The notes beneath the pieces were generated by a model that was not told the origin of the DNA, ran no database searches, and saw nothing but the letters and a program-made list of their open reading frames with translations. A program made the translations under genes and the position numbers. From Gnetum montanum (lineage: Eukaryota > Plantae > Gnetophyta), in assembly GCA_015680685.1 (NCBI GenBank), contig MNCI01002328.1:58172-122171 (forward strand): a stretch of DNA of 64,000 nt, written 5' to 3'. This document shows, one piece after another, positions 41,501-54,776 of this stretch (position 1 is the first letter of the stretch; each line of letters starts with the position of its first letter).

Positions 41501-43385
41501 CCTAGGTTGTTCACCAAAGACTACTGCAATGTATTGCTAGGGATGAAATTTTAGAGGCAATTTGCACCATGAAGTTGGGGATAGCTCCAGGCCCAAATGG
41601 GTGGCTCATTGAATTCTTTAAGGATTTTTTTGATGTCATTGGGAAGAACTTGGTGGACACGTTTAATCTCATGCTTTGTTGGGGTTAGGTTAGAAAGGAA
41701 ATCAATTGCTACCATATTGTTTTGCTATCCAAGGTTGGTTCCCCAACTCATCCTATTGATTTTTGGCCTATGGGGTGTGCAACACCCTTCTTTGGGTCTT
41801 TGCCAAAGTCTTGGTTTGCTGGTTGCAACGATGCCTTGGTCGATTATCAACAATTAGGGTTCGTTAAGGGGAGATGCATCTATGACTAGATTCTGCTCCT
41901 CTATGAGCTTATGCATTCTGCATCTAGTGCTACTTTCTTGGGTATGTTTCTTGAGTTGTATATAGCGAAAGTCTATGATATGTTGGCTGGGATTCCTTGG
42001 GTCAAAGCATGTTACACAAGGGCTTATTGTAGGATCCCTAATAACCACCCTCTACAAAAAATTAGTATAGTTTTTTTTCTTTTCCAAGCCTCTAAAAACA
42101 CATGGGACTCATAATGATGGGATGATTATAGGCCCTACGTACCTCCCTCCCTCATTAGACTTAACAAATTGTTGATATGATGAGACCTTGCCACTTCTCA
42201 TAATCCCAAGGATTGATACATCTATTACATATCATCTATCTTTAGTAGCACTATTATACCTTAAACCTAGTTTTGTCTAAGGTGATTGCTAATACATTGC
42301 ATCACTTGTGAAACATCAAATATTTGTGTGACTCGCTTGTTTCAAGTCTTATTTTACAAGCAACACCAATGGATGTGGTTGGATGTACTCCTAGTCCCCC
42401 ACTATGTTTTTGCCATTCAAGATCATTTAATCTAGAGTAGGCTTCAAACAATTGGTTGGGAATAAAAAATATAGGTTTTAACAACTTTGCCCATGCTATG
42501 TGGCATTGCATTCCTACATTGAGGGCCATCCAACTCGAAGAATCTAGTCACCATTCAGTTGTGAGTAGGGTTATCTTTGGGTTCTAAACTAAATAATCAA
42601 GGCTTGGCTCAACCATCATTTTTGGGCTACACCTTGATATAGGCCCAAGATAGGTGACTAGGGATCGTATGTGAGGTGGGCACACACTTATGAATGGTGC
42701 TTGCTTCATTGAAAACCGTTGGGTTTGGTGCAACTCAATCCCCTTGGGTTCAATGGCTTAGGATATTAAGCCGAAGAAAGCATATATATGTGTAGGGTTG
42801 GATAGTGGTGCTTATCTCCACATCCAGGGTAGGGTGTATGCAAAATAAAGAAACAATGCAACCCATTCATTCAAGGTATGGGATGAATGTATTATTATTA
42901 AAATGAGTAGTTAATGATCCCTAAAAATACTACATGCTTCACACAATGCACACCAATCAAATGCATAATACACCTAATTACTAACTGTGAGTTTAGGTGA
43001 ATTACTTATTCTAGTGCCCAAAGGGCTTCTAATCATAATTCATGTGGGTTAATTGTATGGAAAACAAATAAACATACATGATCACACATATATTTTCTTT
43101 CTTTTCTTTGCACAAATAAAAAAATATAATTGCTAATAAGTAAATGGAGTTAGCATATTGAAGCAAAAATAATAAACAATATTTACTTGCATAAAAGGAA
43201 AATCTAACTATGAAAAAATGTAGAAAACATTCATGTAATGAAAGACTTACTCCAAGGAGACCTCCAGCCTTCTGAGATGCAATGTTCCCATTATACAAAT
43301 GAAAGGAGTAACTAGGCATTTCAAGTGTATTTTACATGCCATATAATAACCAGCTCACATCATAGAATGGAGAGAGATACAATAG

Positions 43386-43870
43386 TTTTTTTTTTTTTTG
43401 AGAGATTATGTTAGGGATTATTTTACTAAGAAATGTGAAAAAAGAATTATACAGCCAAGAAGTTGCATACATCGTAGGGGAGATGGGGTGCCCCCCCAAA
43501 TCAAAAATTGGCCAAGCTGTTGGCCCTTCAATGATATTCAGAAACAAACAACAAACAACTCCTGAGCCAGTAACAGACAAAGAAGTTGGGGCCCCAAGAA
43601 CCACCCCACCCTGTCCTAATACACCTCCAAACAGATAGACAAATCATCACAAACAAACTGTGAGACCCTTGGCCACCCAGGGAGATCCACTACAGATGTT
43701 TAGGTAAATCCTGACAAGAACAATCAGGCAGTTCTTGATTGTGGATATCATTCAGCACCTCCCGATGGTGCTTCGAATTGACAAAAGCTGTCGCCTCTTG
43801 GAAGTCCTTGAAGGTAGATTCTTTCTTGGTGCAATCCACCTCTATTCCCCACCCATTAGGATGCAGCTAG
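43386..43870 (-). mobile_element. Short LINE 3'-end insertion
   Basis: Poly(T)+GAGAG head and TSD agagagatacaatag (43371-43385) / agagagttacaatag (43871-43885). Confidence 0.8.
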
Positions 43871-44080
43871 AGAGAGTTACAATAGTTAGGTTTACATCTT
43901 ATGGAAAATTCAACCAATGTTTTCCTCTAATTTCAAGCATCTTAAGTTTGGCAAAGAAAGCTTGAAAATAAGGCCTAAATTTTGGTAATCAAATCTAAGT
44001 TTAGGAGAAGGAGGGACTGAAACAAATCTAAAATTATAATCATCAACATAGTTCATGGGAGTTGGGATTTAACAAAATTG

Positions 44081-47000
44081 TTTTTGAGAGAATGTTCAGG
44101 ATTATATTAAAAGAAAGAAAAGAAACCTAAGGCTGTACACACAAAAAAATATCCGGGGAAGTGTCTCCCCTATCCAAAGGGAAGGCTTCTCCCCTCCACC
44201 CACATGCACAAATAAGACAAACTGCAAACGGCAGAAAAACAGAAACATAGAGAAGGATGTCCCCATGCACAGGTACACCAAGTCAAAAATTGGGCCCCAC
44301 ACTTGGCCCCACGAAAACATAACATTACAAAAAAACATGGATATATTTCTCACAAACTAAAGACGTTTTGACAATGTAGAACATTCACAATCAAGATATT
44401 CTTGATTGTGAATATTATGCAACACCTCCTGATGATGTTCAGTGTCCATGAATGCAGCCACCTGCTGAAATTCCTTAAAAGCAGCTTCCTTCCATGCACA
44501 CTCCTCAGCATGCCCTTTGCCATGCGGGTGAAGTTTGGCTGAAGATCTCTTGATATGTCGGTGCAGGGCCAACCAAGTTGTATCAATGTTTATGTTTAGA
44601 ATGAGAAATGGGCATCTCTCATTTTGTAGCCACATCTTGGCATTCTGGGCATGCACTTTTTCCTACTGCCTCTACAGCTATTATGCCTCCTTCCTCTCTT
44701 GCTCTTTTTGTAGCAGCTCCAGTTGCTGTTGTTCAGCCCTCTATTGCTTATCTTGCCTCAGCTTTTCCTTGATATGGGCTTGCAAATCATTGATCAAAGT
44801 TGCCTTGGTCATCGTCTCTTGAAGCTCGTGTTTCCATGACAACTTCTTCTCTCTTTCAGTATATTGGGCTTCCAACTGTGTGGTTACCTGTTGAAACTTT
44901 GCCTCTTGAGTGCTCTACTTTGCTTTCCAAACTCGTCTTTCCTCCTCTCACACCTCCTTGGCCACCTCCTCCATCACTTGCAATAGCTCCTCAATTTGCC
45001 ACACCTAGTCTCCTGGCTCTCAGGGAGTGGACAGGGAGGCCTCCTTGATTCGGCACCTTCACCTTAAATTGCAAATGAAATGAGATGAAAATAAAGAGCA
45101 ATTGAACCACAGATAATTGCAGAAAAAAATCTTATTATGAGCGATGGAAAGAACAAGCATCTCTCTTCATCACACGGAGATAACAAGAATAAATCTCTCT
45201 CTCATGCAATGTGGAAATAACAGGGTTCTCTCTTCATCACATGGAGAGAACAAGAAGAAACCTCTCTCTCATGCAATGTGAGAATTCTCCCACTCTTGTA
45301 TTTCACATGCTGTTTATGACTGATCCCAGGACAGACTTAAATAGCCACATCTGGGTTACAAAATTAGAAACATCTAAAAATTAACTAAGATAGAACTTCA
45401 CAAAAGTCTTATGTTATTTTTAGGAAAATTCTAAAACTATCCGACCATAGAAATGGAAAGTGTGGAAAGTGTAGTTCATGAATAAGCAACTGCTAATTCA
45501 TTAGTGTGATCTACCGCTTCACAGTTTGCTGTTTCCAACATCTCGCACCAGCATAGTTAAACCTCCCCAGGGTTCCATTGGCCTATGACTATAAACCATT
45601 TTGCATGGTGCCACGGGCGCAAGTGATGGCACAATCGGGGAAGCAGCTTGCGACAACGCTAGTATCAACCCCGAGTGGTGTCCTTTGTGTTGTCGTTAAA
45701 GCAATGCTAGGAAAAACCTTAGCAAGTTCAGCCCATGGCCGAACCATACACACTTCATCAGGGTGAAGTGTGTGCTCTGTAACTTCCAAGCATTGCTTAA
45801 CTAGATCAGGAATTGGTCCACAAGCTTCGTCGCTTGTTGACATAGCAGTGACAGCGTCAACTTCAGCACCTAGCTGCTACTTGTTCATGGAACAATGCCA
45901 TTGAAAAAAGCTTTGACGTCCTGCAAACCCTGCCCCATTTGGAGCACAGTTTCCCCCACCACCGGGATCCCAAGATAGCACAGAATCGTGGCCTTCGTTA
46001 GTTTAATTTGAACTCTACCAGAAAATGTAGTGTCCCTAGCATAGTTAGAGAAAAACAAGTCTGCGGTCAGCTCTAGGCCCCCCTCTAGCTAAGGGAGGAC
46101 CTTGATCCATCTGACATGCTCCATGAGTCACCATAGCTCAGAATTTTCTTGGTAAGTTGTACATGTTGACTCAAACATGGGTGTTACACCCATAGTGACC
46201 ATCGCCTCCCTACAAAGTCTAATGTTGACTGCTGCAACCTGTGCTAGTGGAGGAGGTCACATTGACCTAAAGATCACGCTATTTCAAATCTTCCAAAGTG
46301 CCCAGAGAACTGTTGTCGCCGTGGAATTGCCGCTCAAAGTTGCATGAGCTTGAAGTGGCGTAGCTCGCCAAGTGTCCACCACATAAGAGCATTGATATAC
46401 AAAGTGTTCAATTGTCTCAGGGTTGTTGAAACATAATGTCAACTATCATTAATACATAACCCCCTCCTACATAGGACAATCAGCACCAGAAGTGCATCAT
46501 GCCCAATAAGCCAAATGAAAACCTTAAGTTTTTCCGATAGCCTTCCCTTCCAAATTTTTGTCCATTCATCAACTCAAGGATACTTTGCTTGGATAAGTTG
46601 TTGTAATGACACCCCCAGCAAGCCTCCCTTCAGCAAATCCTGCACATGTTTACAAAGTGTCCTCTAGATTGGTGAATCCCGATGGTCTGCTTCCCAATGT
46701 CTATACTTACCATCCATAATTTTAATGCATTGAGCTGCCCCCTCCTGATTTTGTACTTTATGGTTAATTAGTCTTTGATAGCCCAACATTCTCTTGTCTT
46801 CACATTTCAAAACGTCTAGGCCTCCAACATCCCTAGGTCTAGCTATAGTCTCCCAACAAACCAGATGTATATGATTACCCCCTTTACCCCGTTATTAAAT
46901 AAAGTTGCAAACCAGTTGATCAATCTTTTTTATAGTGCCCTTAGGAGGAGAAGCCATAGAGGCCGTGAACCTGGCCATGGCATCTAAAACAACCGTAGCA

Positions 47001-47840
47001 AGCATTACCCAACCTTTTCGAGTAAGGAAACGATTTGCCCAATGTCCAATTCGGTGTTCCATTTTCTACATCATTTTAGACCAAGTACTATTTCTCCCCC
47101 ACTCAAATATAGGGATGCCTAAATAGGAAGTCTGCGCAATACCCTGAAAAATCCCTAGCACTTGTGATATTCTTCTCCCCACTCGAGCATTAGCATTAAG
47201 CAAGTGAAGGGTTGACTTACCATGGTTAATTTCCAATCCCACCTCCAAGGCCATACGTTTGTGAGTGCAGTCAATTGCCATAGCTTGCGGCACAACAGCC
47301 CACGAAAGTATCATAGTGTCATTAGCATAGTGCTCCGCTAAGCACACCATCCCCGCAATCTCAAGCCCTCTAACACCTTTTGCCTTGCAATATAGTTGCA
47401 GGGTATCCATTGTGATTATAAAAAGCAAAGGAGAAAGCAGATCTCCCTATCGAAGACCCTTGTTGGGGGAGGAGAACCCCCAGAGCTCCCCACCAATGTC
47501 GAAAGAATAAGTTCCTAATGCCTGCAACTGGATGCATAGAGTGACAAATCTGGAGTCAAACCCCTTGTTCATCATAATCAGGAAAGAGCCTCCTAGCTCA
47601 CCGTATCACTGTATCATATGCTTTCGTAATGTCAAGTTTTAGGCACATTCTAGGAAACCTTGCCTCCCAGATTGCATGAAGAACTTCCTCCATCAAGATC
47701 ACTTGGTCCTATAAGAATCTACCTTTGATGAAGCCTGCCTGCTGTTCTCCTACCAGCCTTGGCATCATCAAGAACAAACACCAGACCAGCATCTTAGTGA
47801 AACATGGAGCAGAACATTGCAGACATGATCGGCTGAAATT
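44081..47840 (-). mobile_element. 5'-truncated J-domain LINE (RT, zf-RVT, C-terminal domain, coiled coil, J-like domain)
   Basis: QQAGFIKGR, KLDITKAYD, EHYAND, YLGIP, then ...GHHSGLILAL at ~45660. J-like ORF at 44357-44656 (CPFLILNINIDTTW...SAKLHPH...FKEFQQVAAFMDTEHH...DCEC). An unrelated AT-rich insert sits at ~45060-45545. Confidence 0.85.
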
Positions 47841-50800
47841 GTGCTGGATCCAGAGCAGAACAATTTTTTTTCTTTCTCTCAACCTGCTGGATCCAGAGCA
47901 GAACAATTTTTTTTCTTTCTCTCAACCTAAGGCATTTTTCAGGCATGCAATATCTGTAATTGGGAGATAGATCTTAGACAGTAAATTATCAGCTATATAA
48001 AAATAAAATAATAATAATAACAGTCAATGTTCTCTTTGTTCTCAGGCTAAAACAGAGAATACAAAATATCTAAATTCCTTATTTTTTCCTAAAAAAAAAG
48101 GAGATTCAAAGGCAGATTCTATGTGTGATGGTTGTCATTTACATTTTTACGGTATCTAAGAAATCAGAAAACAGTAAATGCTTACTAGATAATAACAGAA
48201 TGAAAAAGGATGGCAGTCTCTATGCTAGCATTATTAAGGAATCAAAATTATGATTTTATAGAGTAGAAAACAAAAAAAAAATATATTATGTGCTCATGTG
48301 CAATATGGAAAGGAGAAACAACAATAAAATATGATATACAATAAGTTTGAACACCATGATGGATCCAAACTTTGACATCTTCATTAATAACTTTTCCAGC
48401 CTCTCATGCTCACATTGAGAGAAACGTAGGCTTCAACAAAGGACCATTTAACAATGATTTGGGACATGACAACTCTCTTAGAAACCCCACAAAACTGACC
48501 CAAAAATTACCAACAAAACAAAACACGTGCACCTAACAAAAGACACCAAAAATCCTCAATATGCATTTATTATATTTTGATTTTAAAATGAGTACTCAAT
48601 GAACCCTTTGGCCATCTAGCTGTGCTACATCAAGTCTTTCCAACCTTACAGCATCTTATAGCCCACACAAGAAGAACACCGGGGTTGGATAAAATGGTGG
48701 GGGCTAACACCATCAAGCACCTTCAAGAACTAAGCCCTTGTAGCCCACACAAGAGATCACCAGCCTTGGATAGAATGATGGGGGCATTTCTTTTATAAAA
48801 ATGATCACAAAAACATGAAACCAAGTGCACATGACACAAGAAAATGCCAACTCATAAGCCCAAAACATGCATACCAAAATCAAATCCAAGACACATGAGA
48901 GACTCCATGCATGATTCACAACTCACAAGAAATTCTGCATGCCCTCATGAAATGATCCTCACTTGTCCAAGCCAATACATCTTCAAACACCTACTAAAAA
49001 AATTCTGTACAAGGGTTTAAAATGCATACCTTTAAAGTTGAACTTGACCAATTTGGGGAGTGAGAAGACACCTCAAAGTTGGGTTGTTGTCAAGCCAATG
49101 GCCTCAAGAAATCAGCTTCAAATTGTAGGTCCAAGGTGCTGCCAAAATTCTCTCCCAAAATAAGAGAAAACAGTCCCCTTAAATCAGCCAAACAGTCCCT
49201 AAAAATCAGTCCCAAAAGGCCTCCAACAGCAGCAGCAAAATCCACCTCCAAGAGCCCACAAGAACACTCAACACAGCCCAAGAAATGGCTGAGAACAAGC
49301 AAGGACAGCCACTCTTCCTCTCCTCTCATTAACTCCTCAGCCCTCCAATTAGCATAGTCTCCCCTTGCTGGCCAAAAGTGAAAATGAGGGCAAACACCCC
49401 TTCCATTTATAGGATGGAGGAGACCCTAGGGCTTGGGTAAAGACTTGTGCACAAAAGTTTACACAATGGGCAAAAAATAGACAACCCATTCTTCAAAAAT
49501 CCTTTTTTCTTTTATTCATAGCATCATTGCTATTTGACTTGGACAAGCAAGCTCTCATAAGGGAGTAGACATGTGAAATTGACAACACTCAAGAGAGTCA
49601 CATGGTCCCTATTAAATAAGTCCTTTGTCCCTTTTCCAGCCATTAATATGAAGTGGACAATTTGCATATAAATAAAATAGGTGTCATCATAGGTATGTCA
49701 TGGAGCATACATTATCATCATACATTGACTTTTCTCATGACCCACCTTTTTTTCTTGTTTTAAGTCACTCTTTTTAGTTTATATGATATGAGGGTTTCTA
49801 ATTTATTTTTGGCTTTTTATCTATTTTCTACATTTCTCATGATTTATCTAGTAAAAATCATTGATACTAAACTTTTTGTCTATCCAACATTTTACACTTG
49901 CTAAGCTAGTCGTAACGAGCACAAACATGCCCTAACTAACATGCTAGAAATTAATATTTGGATTGGATCAAGGAAAATATTGTCCCATCAGGTACCTTTT
50001 TAATTGTTTAACATTAAAATCTCAAAATCTAGAGCTTGAATTGAAAAACTAATTGTAGATTGTAAAGCTTAGTTAGTCAACAAATTTGAGTGCGATTCGT
50101 CAACTTTGAATTCTGATGTATTTTAATTAATTAAATACTTAAATTTAAAAATTTTAACTAAACTTCAAAATAAACTATGAATCCACATCATGTAAATTTT
50201 TTAATATTATTCTAAAATAATGCTAGACTTTGCAATGCTCATTCATTAATAAAATACATATATATATTTAAAACTTAAAATTATAAAAATTAGAAATAAA
50301 TAGTAATTTTGCTTATGTCACCCAAACAAAGGTCTTCATAAAACTTAGAAGTATTAGTCACATCTACAAATATATATAAGCTTTAAAACAAATTAAAGTC
50401 TAAGTATTTAATAGAGTACTAAGGTCACGTGTATAAATGTGGGGCATTACACTTACACCCTAGATTTGTATACTTATTTCTATAGGTGTAGTGCACTGGG
50501 GCCTTCTCCTTTGATATCAAAAGACAACTATGGGGGTTTTCCTCCTCTTAGAGGGGCGTACGCCAAGGGGATCCTCTTTCCCCTTATTTGTTTATCCTAG
50601 CCATGGATACCATGAATTCATATTGTAGAGTGAATAGCATCTAAGGTCTTGATGTTGAGGGAGTCACATGCATTGCCAATCATTATGTAGATGATACAAT
50701 TTTGGTGACAAAGGTGATGGTGCTGCAAGCCATATCGATAAAAAAGGCTTTGAACATGATGAGTTGGGAGTTGGAGCTGTACATCAATTGGGCAAAGTCT

Positions 50801-52339
50801 GCTGTCCATTTTATTCAAATTGATGTTGGTATGAAATAGAGGATTACTAGCACTTTGGGAATTGAGCAAGGAAGTGAGGAGGGTACATACCTGGGTATCC
50901 CAGTGTTTGCCTAGCACAAAATGTTGCATGGTTCGGTCCTTATATACAAAATATAGGTTAGAATTGAACATTGGGCATCCTGCTTGTTAACCAATAAGGG
51001 AAAGGTGTTGTTGGCCATTGTGGTCCTTGTAACCATGGCAAGGTACATGGCTTTGGTGGTGACCCCACCATAGTGGATTATTGATAAAGTTAATGAGATC
51101 ATTAGGAATTTTGTTTGGTCTAAGGAAAAAAGGGGAAACAATCTTTATTTAGTTTGTTGAGATATGTTGGTGTCCCAAACTATGCAGGGGGAGCAAGAGT
51201 CCCAAGATTTGTAGACATCCTCCTTTTGAGCGACCATAATCTTATAAGGAGGATAGTGGAGGAAAAGGAGAATTTTGATGTGGAGGCCCTATAGGCAGTT
51301 ATTGTTCAACTCAAGTACAATTTATGGGAGTGCTCAAGGAATGATTTGCTTTTTTGGAGGAACATTTGCAAGCAGCACCGTACGCTTTGCTAGTTCTCCC
51401 TTTTTAGCTCTTATGGTTCGACCAACTTCATGCAAAGGAAGTATGTGATTGTGTTGGGTAAGGGTGTGATATGGAAAGGACATTTGTTGGAGAAGATCAA
51501 GATGTTCATATGGGTTTACATCAACGAGGTGATCCCAACTCTGGCTTTTCTTAGAAACCAGGGCCTTAATATTAATGCCTGCTGCCCTATGTGTAGCACT
51601 GAAGACACAGAAACCCAAGCACATCTTTTCTTTACTTGCTCCTTTCCCTCACCTTGTGAGTTTACAACCACAACAATCTCGATTCTTCCACCCTGTTGCA
51701 TGGGAATCCCGTTGGCATGCTTCTGTGATCTATTTAGAAGACCAGAAGCACAATTGTTTTTAGAAATTCTTAGGTGGCCTAGCCTAGAATTGTTGTTGCT
51801 AGTACCAGACCTCTGTGGAGGGAGGTCACTGCAATAATGAGGGTGACATCCAGGTTTGTCCTTGACTATGAGGTCTTCTGGAATAATGTTGAGCTCTTGC
51901 ATTTTCTGTGTTATGTGGGTTGGGAGGAGATGCTCCTGATCCTCAACGGAGATGCTGACCTACAAGACATGAGTTTCTTCATGTGCTGGGAGAACACTGA
52001 GATCACATTTCAGGGGTGTGAGAATTCAACTTTCCAAGGAGGCAATTTTGGAGTATTGGGCCATTCCACAGTCATGGTAGTAATCTTGGCTACCACTAGG
52101 GGGCTCCAGGATGCAATACTGTTTTTTCAGGGGAACATCCCAAAAATCACTAGTGGCCAGGTTCCTTGTTTGTAGTTACCTCTTTGGTAGGCAGTTGTTG
52201 AGTTGGTGGAACGATTCTTTGTGCAATCTAGCAATGTTTGGAAGCTGCAGGGTATGCATTTGACCTTCATGTGGTGTCTCCAACTGGGCAAACCTTTACA
52301 AAGTTTTTTCTTGTTGTGCTTCAACAACTATAGAGAGAG

Positions 52340-53205
52340 AAGTCCTTGGGTTCGATTCTTGTCTCTGCAGATCGTTCCAAGGGGTGAAACAATTAATACT
52401 CAAGGCACTTTTTGTTGGTGAACCAATCCGTAACATTAGTGACATGTCGTCATTGTGGCTGCCTCCTCATTTTGTCTTGTTCTTGATCTCTGCCTCCTGT
52501 CTCTTGAGCTACTCCTATTCCCTAAGCCAGGCTTCTTCAGCTTCTTGTAGAAGTTCCACCCTGATGCTCCTCAGCTTTGTTTCAATTCTAAACTAGAGCT
52601 CCATCTCATGAAGTTGCTATCATTTTTTGCCTCCCATTTGAGGCAGACCTCCATATCCTTGGTGGCCATCATGAGGTGAGCTTCTGTTTTTTGTTTCAAC
52701 TATTGCTCAATCTCTGCAACACGTTGCGAAACCTTGAAGGCAAACCTCTCCTTTGCTTGTGCATGCCAAGAGTCTTTCCAGCTTCTTAGACTCTGCTCAA
52801 GTTGCTCTTGAAGCTCCTTGTTTCTCTCCATTCTTAGTTGCTCTTCAATCTTAGAAGTAGGGTCCTTTATTTCCCCATTGAAGGCATGGTCCTCCATGCA
52901 CTCAGTTGCCAAACCTGACTAAAGGATAATGGAATACTTGAGTTTGACAAAGCTCGTTGAACCCGGATTAGAAGAGGAAGCCACAAAATGACATTTATAA
53001 ACAAAAGAGAAGTTGTTAATCCCTAAAAATGGCTTAGGTGCGTTGCTTCCTTTGGCAGCCTCCCAAAGAGAATGCTTGGTAGTGTGCTGCCTCTCCAAAG
53101 CTTTTTTGAAAAACTTGGGAAGGTTGGCAGGCCGTCTCCATTGCAAGCACCTAATGAAAGCAAAGTCTATGCCTTGCAACTTATTGATATTGGTGGATTC
53201 CACAA
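52340..53205 (-). mobile_element. LINE 3' module fragment, convergent with the + strand LINE
   Basis: KLQGIDFAFIRCLQWRRPANLPKFF, E/Q-rich coiled coil, and a partial J-like start (LSINCFTPWNDLQR). Confidence 0.7.
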
Positions 53206-53259
53206 ATAATTTATTTTAGAGAACAATATTCTGCTAGCTCTCATAGAATAATTAAGTCT

Positions 53260-54120
53260 AGTTTAATATTTATATACGATTTTGTTCAATTTTTTCAGAA
53301 GCATGACATTCCATTCACTCCTGTATTATACTAGCATCTCTTGATAGACCAACATCTATGTTCAATAATTTTGCAAAATCTAGTCGATTAGAATTATCTG
53401 CAATAACTTCAATGAACAAGAAATGATTTCAAAGAATTGAAAATTTAGGCATTGATGAAGTTAGAGTCATAAATTTATACATTGAACCTTGCAATTAGAA
53501 ATTAGTAATGGAAGCAATCATAGTTCAAACATTTTTAAGTATAATTTATGTGTTATGTGAATAAGAGGTTAAACTCTTGCTATTAGTTTCTTTTCCCCGC
53601 TTGTTTTAAATTTTATATGCCAATAGGTTGCTCTTTAAGCCATATTTAGAAGAATGTTTATGACACACATCACATTCTGATAATCGAGAATCTTTTTTTA
53701 CCTTGAGTGACATGTAACATTCCGTATGTTTGCTGCACATATATTGTGTAGAGTTGTTTTTCATAAGGTTAATAAATGTCTTCATTGCCTTGGGAATGCT
53801 ATTTTTTGTTTTCTTGTAAGTTAGGATATTTAGAATTGTTTAGGTTATAATTGTCTCCATTACCAACTTGTAACGACAAGGTTTTATGTACATGTTTACT
53901 ATTCATATTTTAATGTCTAACTTCGTCAATGCCTAAATTTTAAATTTTTTAAAGCTGTTTCCTATTGAAGTCATTACAGATGATTGTTATAGACCAGAAT
54001 TTGTAAGATTATTAAGTCGAGATGTTGGTTGTGTAAACAGATATTATTGTAATTAATGAGCAAATGGAATCTCATGTTTCTGAAAAGAAAATGAATAAAT
54101 TCATATATAAATATTAAAGG
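53260..54120. repeat. Foldback element with ~290-bp diverged terminal inverted repeats (MULE/MITE-like)
   Basis: 53260-53545 aligns with the reverse complement of 53820-54118 (e.g. aaatttaggcattgatgaagttaga / tctaacttcgtcaatgcctaaattt). No clear TSD. Confidence 0.75.
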
Positions 54121-54591
54121 ATGGAATTCCATATCATGGATGGGTGTGGGTAAGAAGCGAGTCCATCAGAAGACCTAGGAGAGATGTTAGAGTTTGGTTT
54201 TACATCTCTTGGAGTAGTAAGGATTCATTGATCGAAAAGTGGTGTGGTGGTTGTCAAGGTGTTGAATAACATAAACAAAGTTGGAAATTGATTTTATTAT
54301 TCTTGTTTTCCCCTTGCAACAATCCACACCCTCCTCCCCCTACCAATGGTTGGCATATTCAAGGTGTAGCCCTAGAAGTGTAAGTCATGTCATAGTAATA
54401 TCTTGCATTGTTACTTTACTTGGCCATGCATAAAATGGATTAATAGCATTTTTATTAGAATTTAGATATTATTCATTTTTTCCTTTGCTCATAGCTAGCA
54501 CCCCCGCTATTACTATCATATTAACTATCATAACTGAAAATTTTGTTAGGCTTTCTCCAACAGCGATAGGAGCAGCAACAGGAGCCACAGC

Positions 54592-54739
54592 AGGTGCAGG
54601 AACCAGAACAACCGCAAGCTCAGCAACAGGAGTAGGTGCAGGAACCAGAACAGCCGCAAGCTCAGCAACAGGAGTAGGTGCAGGAACCAGAACAGCCGCA
54701 AGCTCAGCAACAGGAGTAGGTGCAGGAACCAGAACAGCC
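54592..54739 (+). repeat. About 3.5 copies of a 42-bp tandem repeat at the LINE 5' end
   Basis: aggtgcaggaaccagaacagccgcaagctcagcaacaggagt starting at 54592, 54634, 54676 and 54718. Confidence 0.95.
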
Positions 54740-54776
54740 AGCCAGCGGGGGGTAAAATCCTCACCGTGAACATGCC

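Larger units (their letters stand above)
42028..50451. mobile_element. Large solo-LTR copy 3, containing two nested minus-strand LINE insertions
   Basis: TGTAGGATCCC...GGGGCATTACA termini and TSD cttat/cttac. Colinear with 28879-32996 once the inserts are removed. Confidence 0.85.
38640..52330 (+). mobile_element. Old L1-like LINE of the same group, split by a large solo LTR (LINE parts ~38640-42027 and 50452-52330)
   Basis: ORF1 remnant (LPWKFW, MGFVHFCVW). ORF2 from 40282 (MNILSWNC, WIVAGDFN, FTWTNNRR, IDR). RT resumes at 50452 (RQGDPLSPYLFILAMD). zf-RVT CPMC...H...C and the C-terminal domain at 51840-52310. The 5' limit is approximate. Confidence 0.8.

Noticed and set aside
45060-45545. 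AT-rich insert with an internal ~60-bp repeat as a solo LTR
   Set aside because: One end looks LTR-like (...CCAACA), but I could not find a matching terminus with a TSD, so it is left unclassified.
45589-45843. 84-aa minus-strand ORF as a captured host gene
   Set aside because: Another frame gives the LINE C-terminal domain (LVDQFLI...KLQSTHF...GHHSGLILAL).
54592-54739. Regular repeats (also 11047-11280) as a CRISPR array
   Set aside because: Head-to-tail units with no unique spacers, no cas genes, and a eukaryotic context.
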